A stretch of DNA of 64,000 bases, taken from Chiloscyllium plagiosum. Lineage: Eukaryota. The stretch is taken from assembly GCF_004010195.1 (NCBI RefSeq), contig NC_057718.1, positions 101,342,629 through 101,406,628 of the forward strand, read 5' to 3'. Under the pieces are notes generated by a model. The model did no database searches. It was not told where the DNA came from and saw only the letters and a list, made by a program, of their open reading frames with translations. Shown here piece by piece: positions 52,311 through 64,000 of the stretch; position 1 is the stretch's first letter, and each line of letters opens with the position of its first letter. Both the position numbers and the translations under genes were made by a program.

Positions 52311-52570
52311 GGTGGCACGGTGGCTCAGTGGTTAGCAATGCTGCCTCACAGCGTCAGGGACCCGGTTCAATTCCTGCCTCGGGCAACTGTCTGTGTGGAG
52401 TTTGCACGCTCTCCCCATGTCTGTGTGGGTTTCCTCACAGGTGAATTGGCCATGCTCCATTGCCTGTAGTGTTAGGTGCATTAGTCAGGGTGGGTTGCTC
52501 TTGAAGGGTCGGTATGGACTTGTTGGGCCAAAGGGCCTGTTTCCACACTGTAGGGAACCTAATCTAATCT
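52311..52570 (+). mobile_element. HE1-like tRNA SINE
   Basis: A/B boxes, CR1-like tail, (ctaat)n. Confidence 0.85.
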
Positions 52571-53699
52571 GCAAATTTGGGGTATCTCTAAAGTTTCAAC
52601 ATCCCAGGAGCAGATATATCAATGCAGCAGTTTGACACTTTCTTTGTACTGTATGCTGAAAACATGTAACAGAGATACTCCAAGTTTCCAAACTAGAAGT
52701 GGGATTTCATTGACAACGCATTTTTAAAACCAGCATTAACATTTCTGCCTTTCAGCTCACATGATTTAGGTGTAATTGTGTCCGGCCTTAAATGATTTCA
52801 TCAGAATAATCAGTTGGAGTAATATACCTTTGATGGCAACTTTTGTAAATGTGAGCAATGTAGATTTGTCACTTTGACCTGGGAGTTTGAGTGTTATACT
52901 CTTATAGATCCTCGATGGCTTTTTTTAAACCGGGGGTGGGGATGTGTGTGGGAGTTAGGGGGGACAGGCAGTCCTGCAATGAGCCACGGATAAAAAGTTC
53001 ACCTTCTGACCATCAGAGCTTTTAGTTATCTGAAGATTAAAATGGTTGTGCGGGAGGTACTTCTCAAAGGCTGCCAAGGTCATATTTGCTTTCTTGCAGA
53101 ATGTCACGAGTTGGTATTTATTTATCTCGTCCTGGGGTTAAACTAGCACTCCTAATGCACTTCAGTTAAAGAGGCTCGAATACTATCTCACTGTTGTCTG
53201 CATTTAGAATTATTTGTCTAAGTGCCTTGTGGCAGGAAATGTTATACAAATGGCTCACGTCTTTTTGTTTCAACCACTTTGACTGCCTTCCTGATCTCTG
53301 AGTTGTACCTTTTGTAGCAAATTTCACCCAGAGATTCTACACCCTGTGATACATTGAATGTGAGTCCGTATTTATTTTCTGCACCGGGTTTGTTGAAATT
53401 GCTATTGTGGTGAAGTTTGAGACATCAGTACGCTAGCTTTGAGAAATACTTATTTTTCACAAATCCATTTGCTTATTGCTACAAACAAGGTTGACCATAA
53501 ACCATCAGAACTGGGCAGCAGTTTTCTTTATAAAAGTTGCCTTATAAACATTCCTTTATAAGAGTGATAATTTGGTGAAGTTTTATTAATGCTGCTGAAA
53601 ATGGGGTATTGTGAAAAAATAAGCAATTTAATCAGTGTTCAGTGCTGTGAATAACTCTATCACCAAACACTGAATTACATTTTGAAAGTTATAAAAGCA

Positions 53700-54050
53700 A
53701 GCAGATTACTGCAGATGCTGGAATTCTGAATCGGAAGCAGAAAGTGCTGGAGAAACTGAACTGGTTTTGCAGCATCTGTGGAGAGATGTCTTCTGAAGAG
53801 GAGTCATATTGCACTGGAAACATTAACTCTGTTTCTTACTTCACTGGTGCCTGCTGAGTTTCTCCAACAATTTCTGATTTTGTTCACAAGTCATATACTT
53901 GCTGGCTGCATTGGGGGACTTCATCCACAAGATGCAACTTACCATATTGAACTAAAAGCAGAAATAGCTGGAGAAACTCAGCCGATCTGTCAGCATCTAT
54001 GAAGAGAAATCAGAGTTGACACTTTGAGTCCAGTGACCCTTCTTCAGAAC
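53700..54050. mobile_element. Two PLE family C remnants
   Basis: ttctgaagaggagtc..gaaacattaact (+); agagttgacactttgagtccagtgacccttcttcagaac (-). Confidence 0.6.
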
Positions 54051-55643
54051 CCTTAGAACATAGAGCATTCCAGTGCAGTACAGGCCCTTTGGCTCTTGAT
54101 GTTGCACTTCTGGTTGGTTCCACATGTCAGCACATCTAACCTACACTGTTCCATTTTCATCTATACATTTATTCAATGACCCAAATTCAATGCCCTTAAA
54201 GTTGGTGAGTCTACCACTGTTGCAGGCAGTGCATTCCACGCCCCTCCTACTCGCTGCGTACCTCTGACATCTGTCCTGTGTCAATCACCCCTCAATTTAA
54301 AGCCATGTCCCCTTGTGATAGCCTTCACCATCTGAGGAAAAAGGCTCTCACTGTCCACCCTATCTAACCCTCTGATTATCTTACATGTCTCGATTATGTC
54401 ACCTCTCAACCTTCTTCTCTCCAACAAAAACAGCCTCAGTTCCCTCAGCCTTTCCTCGTAAGACCTTTCTTCCATACCAGGCAACATCCTAGTAAATCTC
54501 CTCTGAACCCTTTCCAAAGCTTCCACATCCTTATAATGCGGTGACCAGAACTGTACATAATACTCCCAAGTGCGGCCGCACCAGTGTCTTGTACAGCTGA
54601 AGCATGACCTCATGGCTCCAAAACACAATCCCTCTACCAATAAACGCCAATGCACTATATCCCTTCTTAACAACCCTAGCCACCTGGGTGGCAACTTTCA
54701 GGGATTTATGCACCTGGACACTGAGATCTCTCTGTTCATCTAAGCAGCCAAGAATATTACCATTAGCCCACTACTCTGCATTCCTGTTACTTCTTCCGAA
54801 GTGAACTACCTCACATTTTTCCTCATTAAACTCCATTTGCCACTTCTCAGCCCAACTCTGCATCTTATCTATGTCCCTCTGTAACCCACAACATCCTTCG
54901 GCACTATCCACAACTCTACCAACCTTAGTCTCATCTGTAAATTTACTAACCCATCCTCTAGCCCACCTCCAGATCATTTATAAAAATGACAAACAGCAGT
55001 GGCCTCAAAACAGATCCTGGTGACACACCACTGGTAGCTGAGCTCCAGGATGAACATTTCCCATCAACCACCACCTTCTGTCTTCTTTCAGAAGCCAATT
55101 TCTGATCCAAAACACTAAATCACCTTCAACCGAAACTCCTTATTTTGTGCAATAGCCTACCGTATAGAACCTTATCAAACGCTTTACTGAAATCCACATA
55201 CACCATGTTAACCGCCTTACCTTCATCCACCTGTTTTGTTGCCTTCTCAAATAACTCAATAAGGTTAGTGAGGCATGACCTACCCTTCACAAAACCGTGT
55301 TCATTATCCCTAATCACATGATTCCTTTCTAGATGATTATCCTATCTCTTATAACCTTTCCCAACACCTTACCCACAACCAAAGTAAGGATCACCTGTCT
55401 ATAGTTACCAGGGTCGTCCTGACTCCCCTTCTTGAACAAGGCAACAACATTTGCTATCCTCCAGTCTTCTGGCACTACTCCTGACGACAATGATGACATA
55501 AAGATTGAAGCCAAAAGCTCTGCAATCTCCTCACTGGCTTCCCAGAGAATCTGAGGATAAATCACATCTGGCCCCAGGGTCTTATCTATTTTCAAATCTT
55601 CCAAAATTGCTAAATCCTCCTCTTTGTCAACCTCAATCCCATC

Positions 55644-55777
55644 CCTTCATTCCTGAAGAAGGGCCTGTGCCCGAAACGTCGAATCTCCTGTTCCCTGGAT
55701 GCTGCCTGACCTGCTGTGCTGTTCCAGCAATAAAGTTTCAACTTTGATCTCCAGCATCTGCAGACCTCACTTTCTCC
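55644..55777 (+). mobile_element. Young PLE family A terminus with tail
   Basis: 55647-55777 is identical to 9980-10110; 13-bp TSD cctcaatcccatc at 55631-55643 and 55776-55788. Confidence 0.9.
55649..55684 (+). ncRNA. Minimal type-I hammerhead ribozyme motif
   Basis: auuc CUGAAGA a gggc cugu gccc GAAAC GUC gaau. Confidence 0.75.
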
Positions 55778-57269
55778 TCAATCCCATCTAACCTTGTAGC
55801 CTATATCTCCATATTCTCACTAACATTGCCCTTTTCCAATGTGAATATTGATGAAAAATATTCATTTAAGCACTTCCCCTATGTCCTCAGATTCCACACA
55901 CAACTTTCCACTACTATCTTTGATTGGCCGTAATCTTTCTCTAGTCATTCTTTTATTCCTGATGTACCTATAGAAGGCTTTAGGATTTTCCTTGATCCTA
56001 TCTGCCAACAACTTCTCATGTCCCTTCCTGGCTCTACTTTGCCCTCTCTTTAGATCTTTATTTGTGTTTCCAGGGTGTATTAAATGAGCACAATTCTTTT
56101 ATTTTAATTGAACATAGGTATTGTATACCATAGCCTTTTGAGATGATGTTCAATGGAGAAAAATACTCAGATTTCCACATACATGTTAAAACAAAATTCT
56201 GCGATTCTGTAATTTGTTGCTGTCTAAACATTGAATTGTAACTTTAAAACTGGACGTAAAAAATGAATGTGCAAGCTTGCCACCTCACGAGATCTGAAAT
56301 TCCATCCCAGAGTTGGGGAGGTATGACTTTGCTTATATAAAAGCTATTTTCTTTTTGGATTCCCCCAGGATTGATTTGTTGACTGTACCGGCATTGTCTA
56401 CAGCAGTCTGGCTGATTAAAAAGCTGGCTGAATTCAGGAACCTGATACTGTGATGTTTGGCATCTGCTTGGCACCAACATCAGTGAGTAAATCTAACAAT
56501 AGCACAGTTGACATGAGATGTGTTCTGAGTCCCTTCGGCTGGTTAATGTCCAACTATCTCACCTTTTGACCAAATGTTAGAATGTTGGAATGATAGCTGT
56601 TTTTTGAGCTTTTCACCATTGAGAGCGTCCAACCAATGCTTTTAATGAGAATCACAATTATTCTGGGATATTCAGTGTCCTTGTGATCTGATCCAATCAC
56701 CAATGTCATCCCTTAGATTACCGGGAAGCAATTGTCACTTATTCAGGAAATGACTAGCCAAGTCTGCAGTCTAAATCTTTAAAGAACTCGCCCTTTTGGT
56801 CTTGTTTATTTAGTTGATAAATTGATGCTAACATTCATCTTTTTGCTTAATTTCCAAAATTCAATTATTTTAAATCTCTTAAATTGTTCTTATCGCTAAA
56901 TGAGAAAAGTCGAAATTGCACGAATTTGAGAAAGGCTTTACTGCTCTTTTATATTCCATTGTTCACACCATTGAATTGTGATCAAATACTACAGGATAAT
57001 GACAATCATTATTTTAATAATATGACAATCAATTAGTTAGTGGTATCAGTTCCCTTTAAAAAACATTCGTTCAATTTAGTGGCTGAGATTCAAGAAATTG
57101 TAGTGAGCAATAATGATTATTTTTAATTACTTTCTTCAATGGTAAGCACCGCATGATACAACAGAAGATATGAAGGGGGGAATATTGTAGAGGTGGTGGT
57201 AGGCTGCATTCTTCTGCCACTACAATCATTAAATTGTAGGTATCTCCACAATGCTGATAGGAAGAGAGT

Positions 57270-57975
57270 TCTAGGGTGTTAGTTCAGTGACAGTGAAGGA
57301 CTGAATATATACTTCCAACTCAGGACGGCATACAGCTGGATCAAAACTTGGGGATGGTGTTCCCAAGCATCCATTGCTCTTGTTCTTCTCGGTGGTAACT
57401 AGTTATGTCACAGGTTCAGAAGCTGCAATAGGAGCTTCTGAGCTGTGTCAGGGTAACTTGTGAATGGTGCGCACTGCGCCAGATCAAGATGACTGTTTTG
57501 TCCCTGGATGGTGTAGAGCTTCTTGAGTGTTGTTGGAGCTGCACCCACCCAGGGCAAGTGGGGAGTGTTCCATTACATGGAGATGTAAGCTTGTCGATGG
57601 TGGACAGGCTCTGAGGAAACTGGAGTTGAGTAACTGGTCGTAGCTTTTGTAGTCACTGTATTTTTATGGCTGGACAAGTTCAGTGTCGAGCCCCAGGATG
57701 TTGATAGTGGTGTCGGCAAAAGTGAGTACTGCAGATGCTGGAAACCAGAGTCTAGATTAGAGTGGTGCTGGAAAGCACAGCAGGTCAGGCAGCATCCAAG
57801 GAGCAGGAAAATCCTGATGAAGGGCTTTTGCCTGAAATGTCGATTTTCCTGCTCCTCAGATGTTGCCTGACCTGTTGTGCCTTTCCAGCACCACTCTAAT
57901 GTTGATAGTGGCATATTCAGCATTGCTAATGCCATTGAATGGTTCGATCCTCTCGGATTGGAGATGGTCATTGAC
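57270..57975 (-). mobile_element. L2/CR1-clade LINE 3' fragment
   Basis: agcttcttgagtgttgttggagctgcaccc, as at 16331-16360. Confidence 0.7.
57711..57898. mobile_element. PLE family A inverted insertion with a single central hammerhead core
   Basis: 13-bp TSD atgttgatagtgg at 57698-57710 and 57899-57911; CUGAUGA a gggc uuuu gccu GAAAU GUC. Confidence 0.85.
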
Positions 57976-58944
57976 ATTTTAGAAAGATTCTGGATGTGAT
58001 ATCACTTATTAGGCCAGCGTTTATTGCCCAGAGGGCATTTAAGGGTCATCCACATTACTGTCGGTCTGGAGTCATGTGCAGGCCAGACTGGCTGTTCCCT
58101 TCCCTAGTATACGTTGGTGAACCAGGTGGGTTTTTAGGGCAGTCAGATTCATGGTTATCATTCGATTCTTAATTCCAGATATTTATTGAATTTGAGTTTT
58201 ACCATCTGCCATGACAGGATTCAAATGCAGGTCCCTAGAACATTACCCGAGTCTCTGGGTCACTAGTCCAGTGATAATATCCACTAGGCTATCGCCTCCC
58301 ATTAGCAGCCCATTCTTTTTCCATGTGGCCTTATTTCATGACCCTCACCGTAGCTTCACCATAGCCATGTAAAACTGAAACCATTCAGATCCCTTTCAGC
58401 ATGAAAAGCGATGTTACAATATGCTGAATTCACAACAAGCCTTCTGGTGCAGTCAGGTAAATTATTCAGTGCATCAACGGAAATATAAGGGGAGGAAATC
58501 AGGCTATTACACAAGGTGGATTTACCCTGTTGATCCCTTAAGTGATTTACTTTCCAAAGGTAAGTAAGGCAGTTTCTCAATCTTCGTGAGTATTCTGAAC
58601 CAACTGCTGCCTTCTGTAATTTGCAGTGCAAAATAAGGAGAGATCTGTGGCTTGTTTGCTTTTCCATCTTACGTGTCTCTGGAGCAAACACATTATTAGT
58701 ATTGTGGACTGTGGAAATGTTGCAAGGAACATAATTTAAAATATTTAAAAATGACTTTAAAGTTATTGTAATGCTGAATGCATGCAGCAAAGCGATCAAA
58801 GATAATTTGTTTAGAGAAGTCTTATAGCCAGGAAATGTGGTTTTTTTGATCACTTACACATCGCGTCCAAAGTGACCCTTTCATTGTGCTCCACATGGTA
58901 TTTTAATTTTGTTTTGCTGAACCGATTACTGGTACCCTCAAGAT

Positions 58945-59490
58945 TACAGAGTCGTAGAGCTGCACAGCACAGAAACAGACCCTTCAGTCCAACTCGTCCT
59001 TGCCGACCAGATATCCAAAACTTATCTGGTCCCATTTGCCAGCACTTGGCCCAAATCCCTCTTAATGGACGGCACAGTGGTTGGCCTCACAGCGCCAGAG
59101 AGCCGGGTTCAATTCCCGCCTCAGGCAACTGACTGTGTGGAGTTTGCACATTCTCCCCGTGTCTGCGTGGGTTTCCTCCGGGTGCTCCGGTTTCCTCCCA
59201 CAGTCCAAAAATGCGCAGATTAGGTGAATTGGCCATGCTAATTTGCCCATAGTGTTAGGTGAAGGGGTAGTGTAGGGGAATGGGTCTGGATTGGTTGTGC
59301 TTCGGCGGGTCGGTGTGGACTTGTTGGGCCGAAGGGCCTGTTTCCACACTGTAAGGAATATAAGTCTTTCTATTCATGTACACATCCTTTTAAATGTTGT
59401 AATTGTACCAGCCTCCACCACATCCTCTGACAACTCGTTCTGTACATGCACCACCCTCTGCGTGAAAAAGTTGCCACTTAAGTCCCTTTT
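58945..59490 (-). mobile_element. CR1 3' end with an HE1-like SINE (+, 59068-59358) inserted
   Basis: FFTQRVVHVQNELSEDVVEAGTITTFK; SINE B box ggttcaattcc. Confidence 0.85.
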
Positions 59491-60661
59491 GTCAGAGGCC
59501 AAACAGGGGTATGTTGGAATGGCTGTGTCCATCAAGGGGGATGGGGATACAGTGAGAATACAGCATTGAGGTAGAGGATCAACCACGATTGTGCTGAATG
59601 GCACAGCAGGCTTGGATGGCCAAATGGCTCGGTTCTTTCTCATCCTCTCCCAGAATCTGAGAATCATTGGCAAGGCCAGAATCAGGAAGTGTCCTGAAGG
59701 AGGTGCTGGTGAGCTGCCTTCTTGAACCGCTTCAGTGAGCATTCCGGGAATGCCGCTGGGAAGGGAGATTTTTACCCAGTGGCGATTATGGTTCCAAGTC
59801 AGGACAGTGGGCGATTCGGAAATTGGAGACAGTGGTGCTCTGACAGGAACTGTTGCCCCTGCCCCCCCCCCCCCCCCCCCCCCTCCCCACTACTGGTTGA
59901 GGTGGGTATGTCACTCTGCTCATGAACTGAGGACCAGGATGAGACCATGTATGTGACCAATAGGCAGGATGTTTCTGACCCTCTCACGTAAGGATGTGGA
60001 AATAACTCACTTTGTAGCTGCACATTAAGCAAACCTACCGGAGATTTTCAAAACATTGAAACCACTTCATTTGCCAGACCTGAGTGAGAATGCATCAGGG
60101 ATGGGAACACAGAAGCAATACATTATTTATTCCTCAGGTTGATTGTTCCATGGTCCGCACAGGACTTGTTGTCTTCACCAGGGTATTTAATCATTTTCTG
60201 TATGCTTAACCTTCTCATTGTCAAATCTCCTTCCTCCCCCATTCTACCCTCTGCTTAACATGCACACCAATAACTGGCAGTCATGGGGCCACTTATTTCC
60301 ACACCCTCACTGTAGCACTTTGCTGCTCAGATTCCTCCTGAGTGCCTGTCATGTGGTGTCTTCCTGCTGCTTGGCTCTTAAATGAGGAATGGAACAGAGT
60401 TTGTCCATTTGGAAGGTGCTACCAGAGAAGCCTTGGTAACTTCCTGTGTAGTCACTACCATGCTGATGGTGCACACTGCTGTAGGCACTGAGGATCAGCG
60501 CCAGAGCAATTGGATGAGGTCGGTAGGGAGCGTGGTGCTGATCAAGTGGCCTGGGCTGCTCAGTCCTGGAAGGTGCTGAGGTTCTTGAGTGAGCTGAGTA
60601 TTCCATCAGATTCCTGGTGTGCTTTGGATATGGTACACAGACTTCCAAGATGATCTGATCT

Positions 60662-60991
60662 GGGACAGCGTGGTAGCTCAGTGGTTAGTATTGCTGCCTC
60701 ATAATGCCAGGGACCTGAGTTCAATTCCAGCCTTGGAGTGTGGAGTTTGCACATTCTCCCCATGTTCCCTCTGGGTGCTCCAGTTTTCTCCCACAACCTG
60801 AAGATGTGCAGGTTAGAGTGGATTGGCCATGCTAAATTGCCCATAATGTCCAGAGAAGTGCCGACTATGTGGGTTATCCATCGGAAATGCACGATTACAG
60901 GGATGGGGTGGATCTGGATGGGATGCCCTTCAGAGGGTTGGTACAGGCTCAACGGGCCAAATGGCCGCCTTCCACAGTGTAGGAATTCTAT
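60662..60991 (+). mobile_element. HE1-like tRNA SINE
   Basis: tagctcagtggtt A box; conserved core and tail. Confidence 0.8.
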
Positions 60992-62792
60992 GGCCCTGCC
61001 AGCGATGCAATGATGAGGTTTTTACCTTCAGCAGGGTATTTGCACCTGAATATGTGATGCTTATTTTGCCTCCCATTACATCAGAAGAAGGCGGTACTGA
61101 GAGATTCGATAGACGTTTATTATAATTCCTGGTACCAACATCCATTACAGTCAAAGGCAGTCCTGCGTTCCGAGCACAAACTGGGTACAAAGTAGAGGAT
61201 GATTCCCTCAGGGTACTGTGCTACAAGTGGCTCCAGTATGATGGACCCTGAGCACTTTATACCATTGGGTCACATCCTGTGAAATGGTGATAAATACCTC
61301 TTAAAGGTGGCAATGACAGGGTGATTGTGGTATACTGCAGACTAGCTGAAGGCGTTACACAACAGAGGAGACAGGAGATGTCCAGGTCACTGATCATCTC
61401 TTCCATCCACTGTATTTATGTGTCTGGTTCAGTTATCAGTTGTGACCTCCTGCCCCCCATCTCACCCCAGATGTTGTTGGTGGTGGGGGAGCCTAGCTTG
61501 GTTGCACTGCTCAGCCCTAAGCCCTGAGTTGGACGCTGTCTCCTTCACCACATGTGCCAGGCCTGGAACGGCACCATCTCATCATCACTAGGCCCAGCTC
61601 GCCACTGGGCCACTGATGCCGGGTCCCGTGGTGGACCCATACTTGCCCCACAGCCAGGAGTCCCTGGGTTTGCTGCCACTACTGCCTCACCAATTACCAG
61701 GGAGTCTCTGATCCAGGCCTACCAGCACCAGGACACCCTAGCTCCACTGCCTCCAATTCGCTGATTAGTGCCAGACCCTGGATACGGGCCTACTGCAACA
61801 TCCATGCCCTAGCTCTGGGCCTACTGCTACCAGGAGTCCTTGGTTCCACTGCCAGGCCAGGCTGCCTCTCTAAGGATCCCAATCCGCCCACCCACCTCTG
61901 TGATGTCACTTTCTCCACTGCCGCTGACAGGAAGAAGCTGAAGGAAAAGGAAGAAGACAAACAGGATAAGGAAAGAAGAGAGGAAGTGGCCAGTCTGGAG
62001 TAGATGGGACCAGGAGCCTGAATGCTGCCTACCTCACTGGCATCGCCATCTTGGAAAGGATTGTGCACTGCCTTTCTAGTACGAGAACATCGTACCATAA
62101 CGATAACAGCTCCAAATCCTGTGTTCTATGCAGAAATATATCTGTACACATGTTGAGTCAATGATGGCTCCAGTTGAAAATTTGTTATCACTGGAAGTTG
62201 AGTTCAATTGTCAACTTGGCCCCAAGTCAGACAGATATGGTCTAATGAGTAGCAGCAAGCTGAGGTTTTTTTTTTGCTAAGAGTTTTGGTGCCTCTCTTT
62301 CTCAGAGAGTTAATCAGTCAGTGGCAGACAATTTGGTCTGTGAGGATAATTAATCATTCTTTTCATTGTCTATATGTCAATGCAGCTCTTACCTCTTGAT
62401 AGCCATTGGGAGAGGATAGATAACTCATTTGACCCAAACATGTTTTCATCAGGTGCCTAGTGTGATGCATGTTGGAAGTTCCAGCTGCTTCACTTCCCCA
62501 GCCCTGGCTCATGTTTACATTAGTCCCTGTAACTTGAATGCAACTTGAACCACTTAGTTTTCCACTTTATTCTTTGTTTTTACTCATAGAGGCATTGGAC
62601 AGTACAATGCTAAATATTTTTGTTAAAAATTGGCCAGTTAAGTGAGCACCAAAGTAATGGTGACACAAGAAAAATCCTTTATCACCCAGCCCGAGTAGTT
62701 AGGGTGTGGAATGCACCGCCTGGAAACGTGGGGGAGGCAGGTTCACTTGAGGCATTCAAAAGGAACATTGGATGTCTTTTTGGATAGCAATA

Positions 62793-62885
62793 AATGCAGA
62801 GAGTACTGGAGAAACTCAGCAGGTCTGGCAGCATCTGTGGAGAGAGAGGAACAGAATTAACGTTTCGACTCTTCTTCAGAACTGG
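62793..62885 (-). mobile_element. PLE family C terminus
   Basis: aguu CUGAAGA agaguc GAAAC GUU aauu (stem II partly deleted). Confidence 0.55.
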
Positions 62886-63074
62886 AAGGTATTGGGAAAA
62901 TAGATTGTTTTTTTATACTTTTGAAAGAGGCAGAGGATGAGCAAGAGGACATTTGGTGTAGAGGCCCTGTCCAAAAGACAGAGGTTGTAATCATGGAAAA
63001 AGGAAAACAAAATGTAAAATGGATGTAATTCTTTCACTGTGTGACACGAATGTTACTGACCACTTTTACGTCTA

Positions 63075-64000
63075 AGTCTGGATATTGTCCAGGTCTTGCT
63101 ACATTTGGGCATGAGCTGCCTCATTGTCTGAGGAGTCATGAATGGTGCTGAACATTGTGCAATCACAAAACAGATATCCCCACTTCTGACCTTTAGATGG
63201 AGGGAAGGTCAATGATGAAGCAGCTGAAGATGTTTGGGCCTAGGACACACTACCCTGCGGAACTTGTGTTGCTGTGGTAGTGTTCCTACTTCTGAGCCAG
63301 GAGCCCTGGGTTCAAGTCCCGACTGCTCCAGACACGTGGAAGAACATAATTAGTCATGGTTAATCGAGAATATCTACCCTGAGGAATTTCTGAAGCGATG
63401 CCCTGGAACTGAGATGACTGACTTCCAACAACCACAACTATCTTCCCATGTGCAGGTATGACTCCAACCAGCAGAATGCTTTCTCATTGATTTTAGTATT
63501 GATAGGGCTCCTATGATGCCATGTTCAGTCAAATGTAGCCTTGATATCGAGGACTATTGCTCTCCCCTCACCTCTGGAATTCTGCTGTTTTGTCCATGTT
63601 TGAACCAAGGCCGTAATGAGGTCAGGAGCTGAGTGGCTCTGGGGGAACCCAAACTGGGCATCACTGAGCAGGTTATTGCTGAGCAGGTGCTGCTGGATAG
63701 CACTGTGGACGATCCCTTCCATCACTTAACTGATGATCGAGAGTAGACTGATGGGGGCAGTAATCGGCCGTGTTGGATTTGTCCTGCTTTTTGTCTACAG
63801 GATACTTTTGAACATTGAGGCAGGTGCACATGTTGACGCTGTACAGGAGCAGCCTTGGTAGTGGTTCGGCAAGTTTGAGAGCAGTGTTATGGAAATATTG
63901 TCAGGGCACATTATCTTTGCAGTATCCAGTGCCTCCAGCCATTTCTTGGTATCATATTGCGTGAATTGAATTGGCTATAGACTGGCATTTGTGATGCTGA
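63075..64000 (-). mobile_element. L2/CR1-clade LINE RT fragment with a short tRNA-SINE inserted (63263-63373)
   Basis: LLSDAQFGF..SAPDLITALVQTWTK..LDIKATFD; SINE TSD ctaccctg(c/a)ggaa at 63250-63262 and 63374-63386. Confidence 0.85.

Larger units (their letters stand above)
54055..56060 (-). mobile_element. CR1 LINE ORF2 RT to 3' end (degenerate), with a young PLE inserted
   Basis: PEDWRIANVVALFKKG, HGFVKGRSCLTNLIELFE..DFSKAFDKV, SKFTDETK, WAEKWQMEFN, LVRPHL..RRRLRGD. Confidence 0.92.

Noticed and set aside
58356..58853. 165-aa minus-strand ORF
   Set aside because: No recognisable domain or splice context; consistent with a chance ORF.
61550..62100. GC-richer block with a cgccatctt motif and a Lys/Glu-rich frame
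   Set aside because: Could not assign it. Probably a decayed repeat 5' region; no supportable coding or splice evidence.
1..64000. Adjacent MacroD exons (GGGGVDG..IHRAAG, AFPCISTG) or a nested FLRT gene
   Set aside because: Not found by eye or in the ORF track. A very short AFPCISTG exon could have been missed.

Overview
Vertebrate genomic DNA, very likely a shark or other elasmobranch (inferred from the HE1-like tRNA-SINE / CR1-LINE repeat landscape). The window is almost entirely intronic. The only host coding sequence I can support is one 122-nt exon (46334-46455, +) of a MACROD1/MACROD2-family macrodomain ADP-ribose glycohydrolase. The rest is nested CR1/L2-clade LINE fragments, tRNA-derived SINEs, two Tc1/mariner-type MITEs, mini/microsatellites and a 500-N gap. 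The most striking pattern is about 20 Penelope-like-element (PLE) termini from four families. Many retain a minimal type-I hammerhead-ribozyme core (CUGANGA-stem II-GAAA-NUH), and many are arranged as inverted pairs. One young family has identical copies, 13-14 bp target-site duplications (TSDs), a perfect 116-bp hairpin and a 133-bp templated capture of nearby DNA. Boundaries of old repeats are approximate, and no database searches or folding programs were run.
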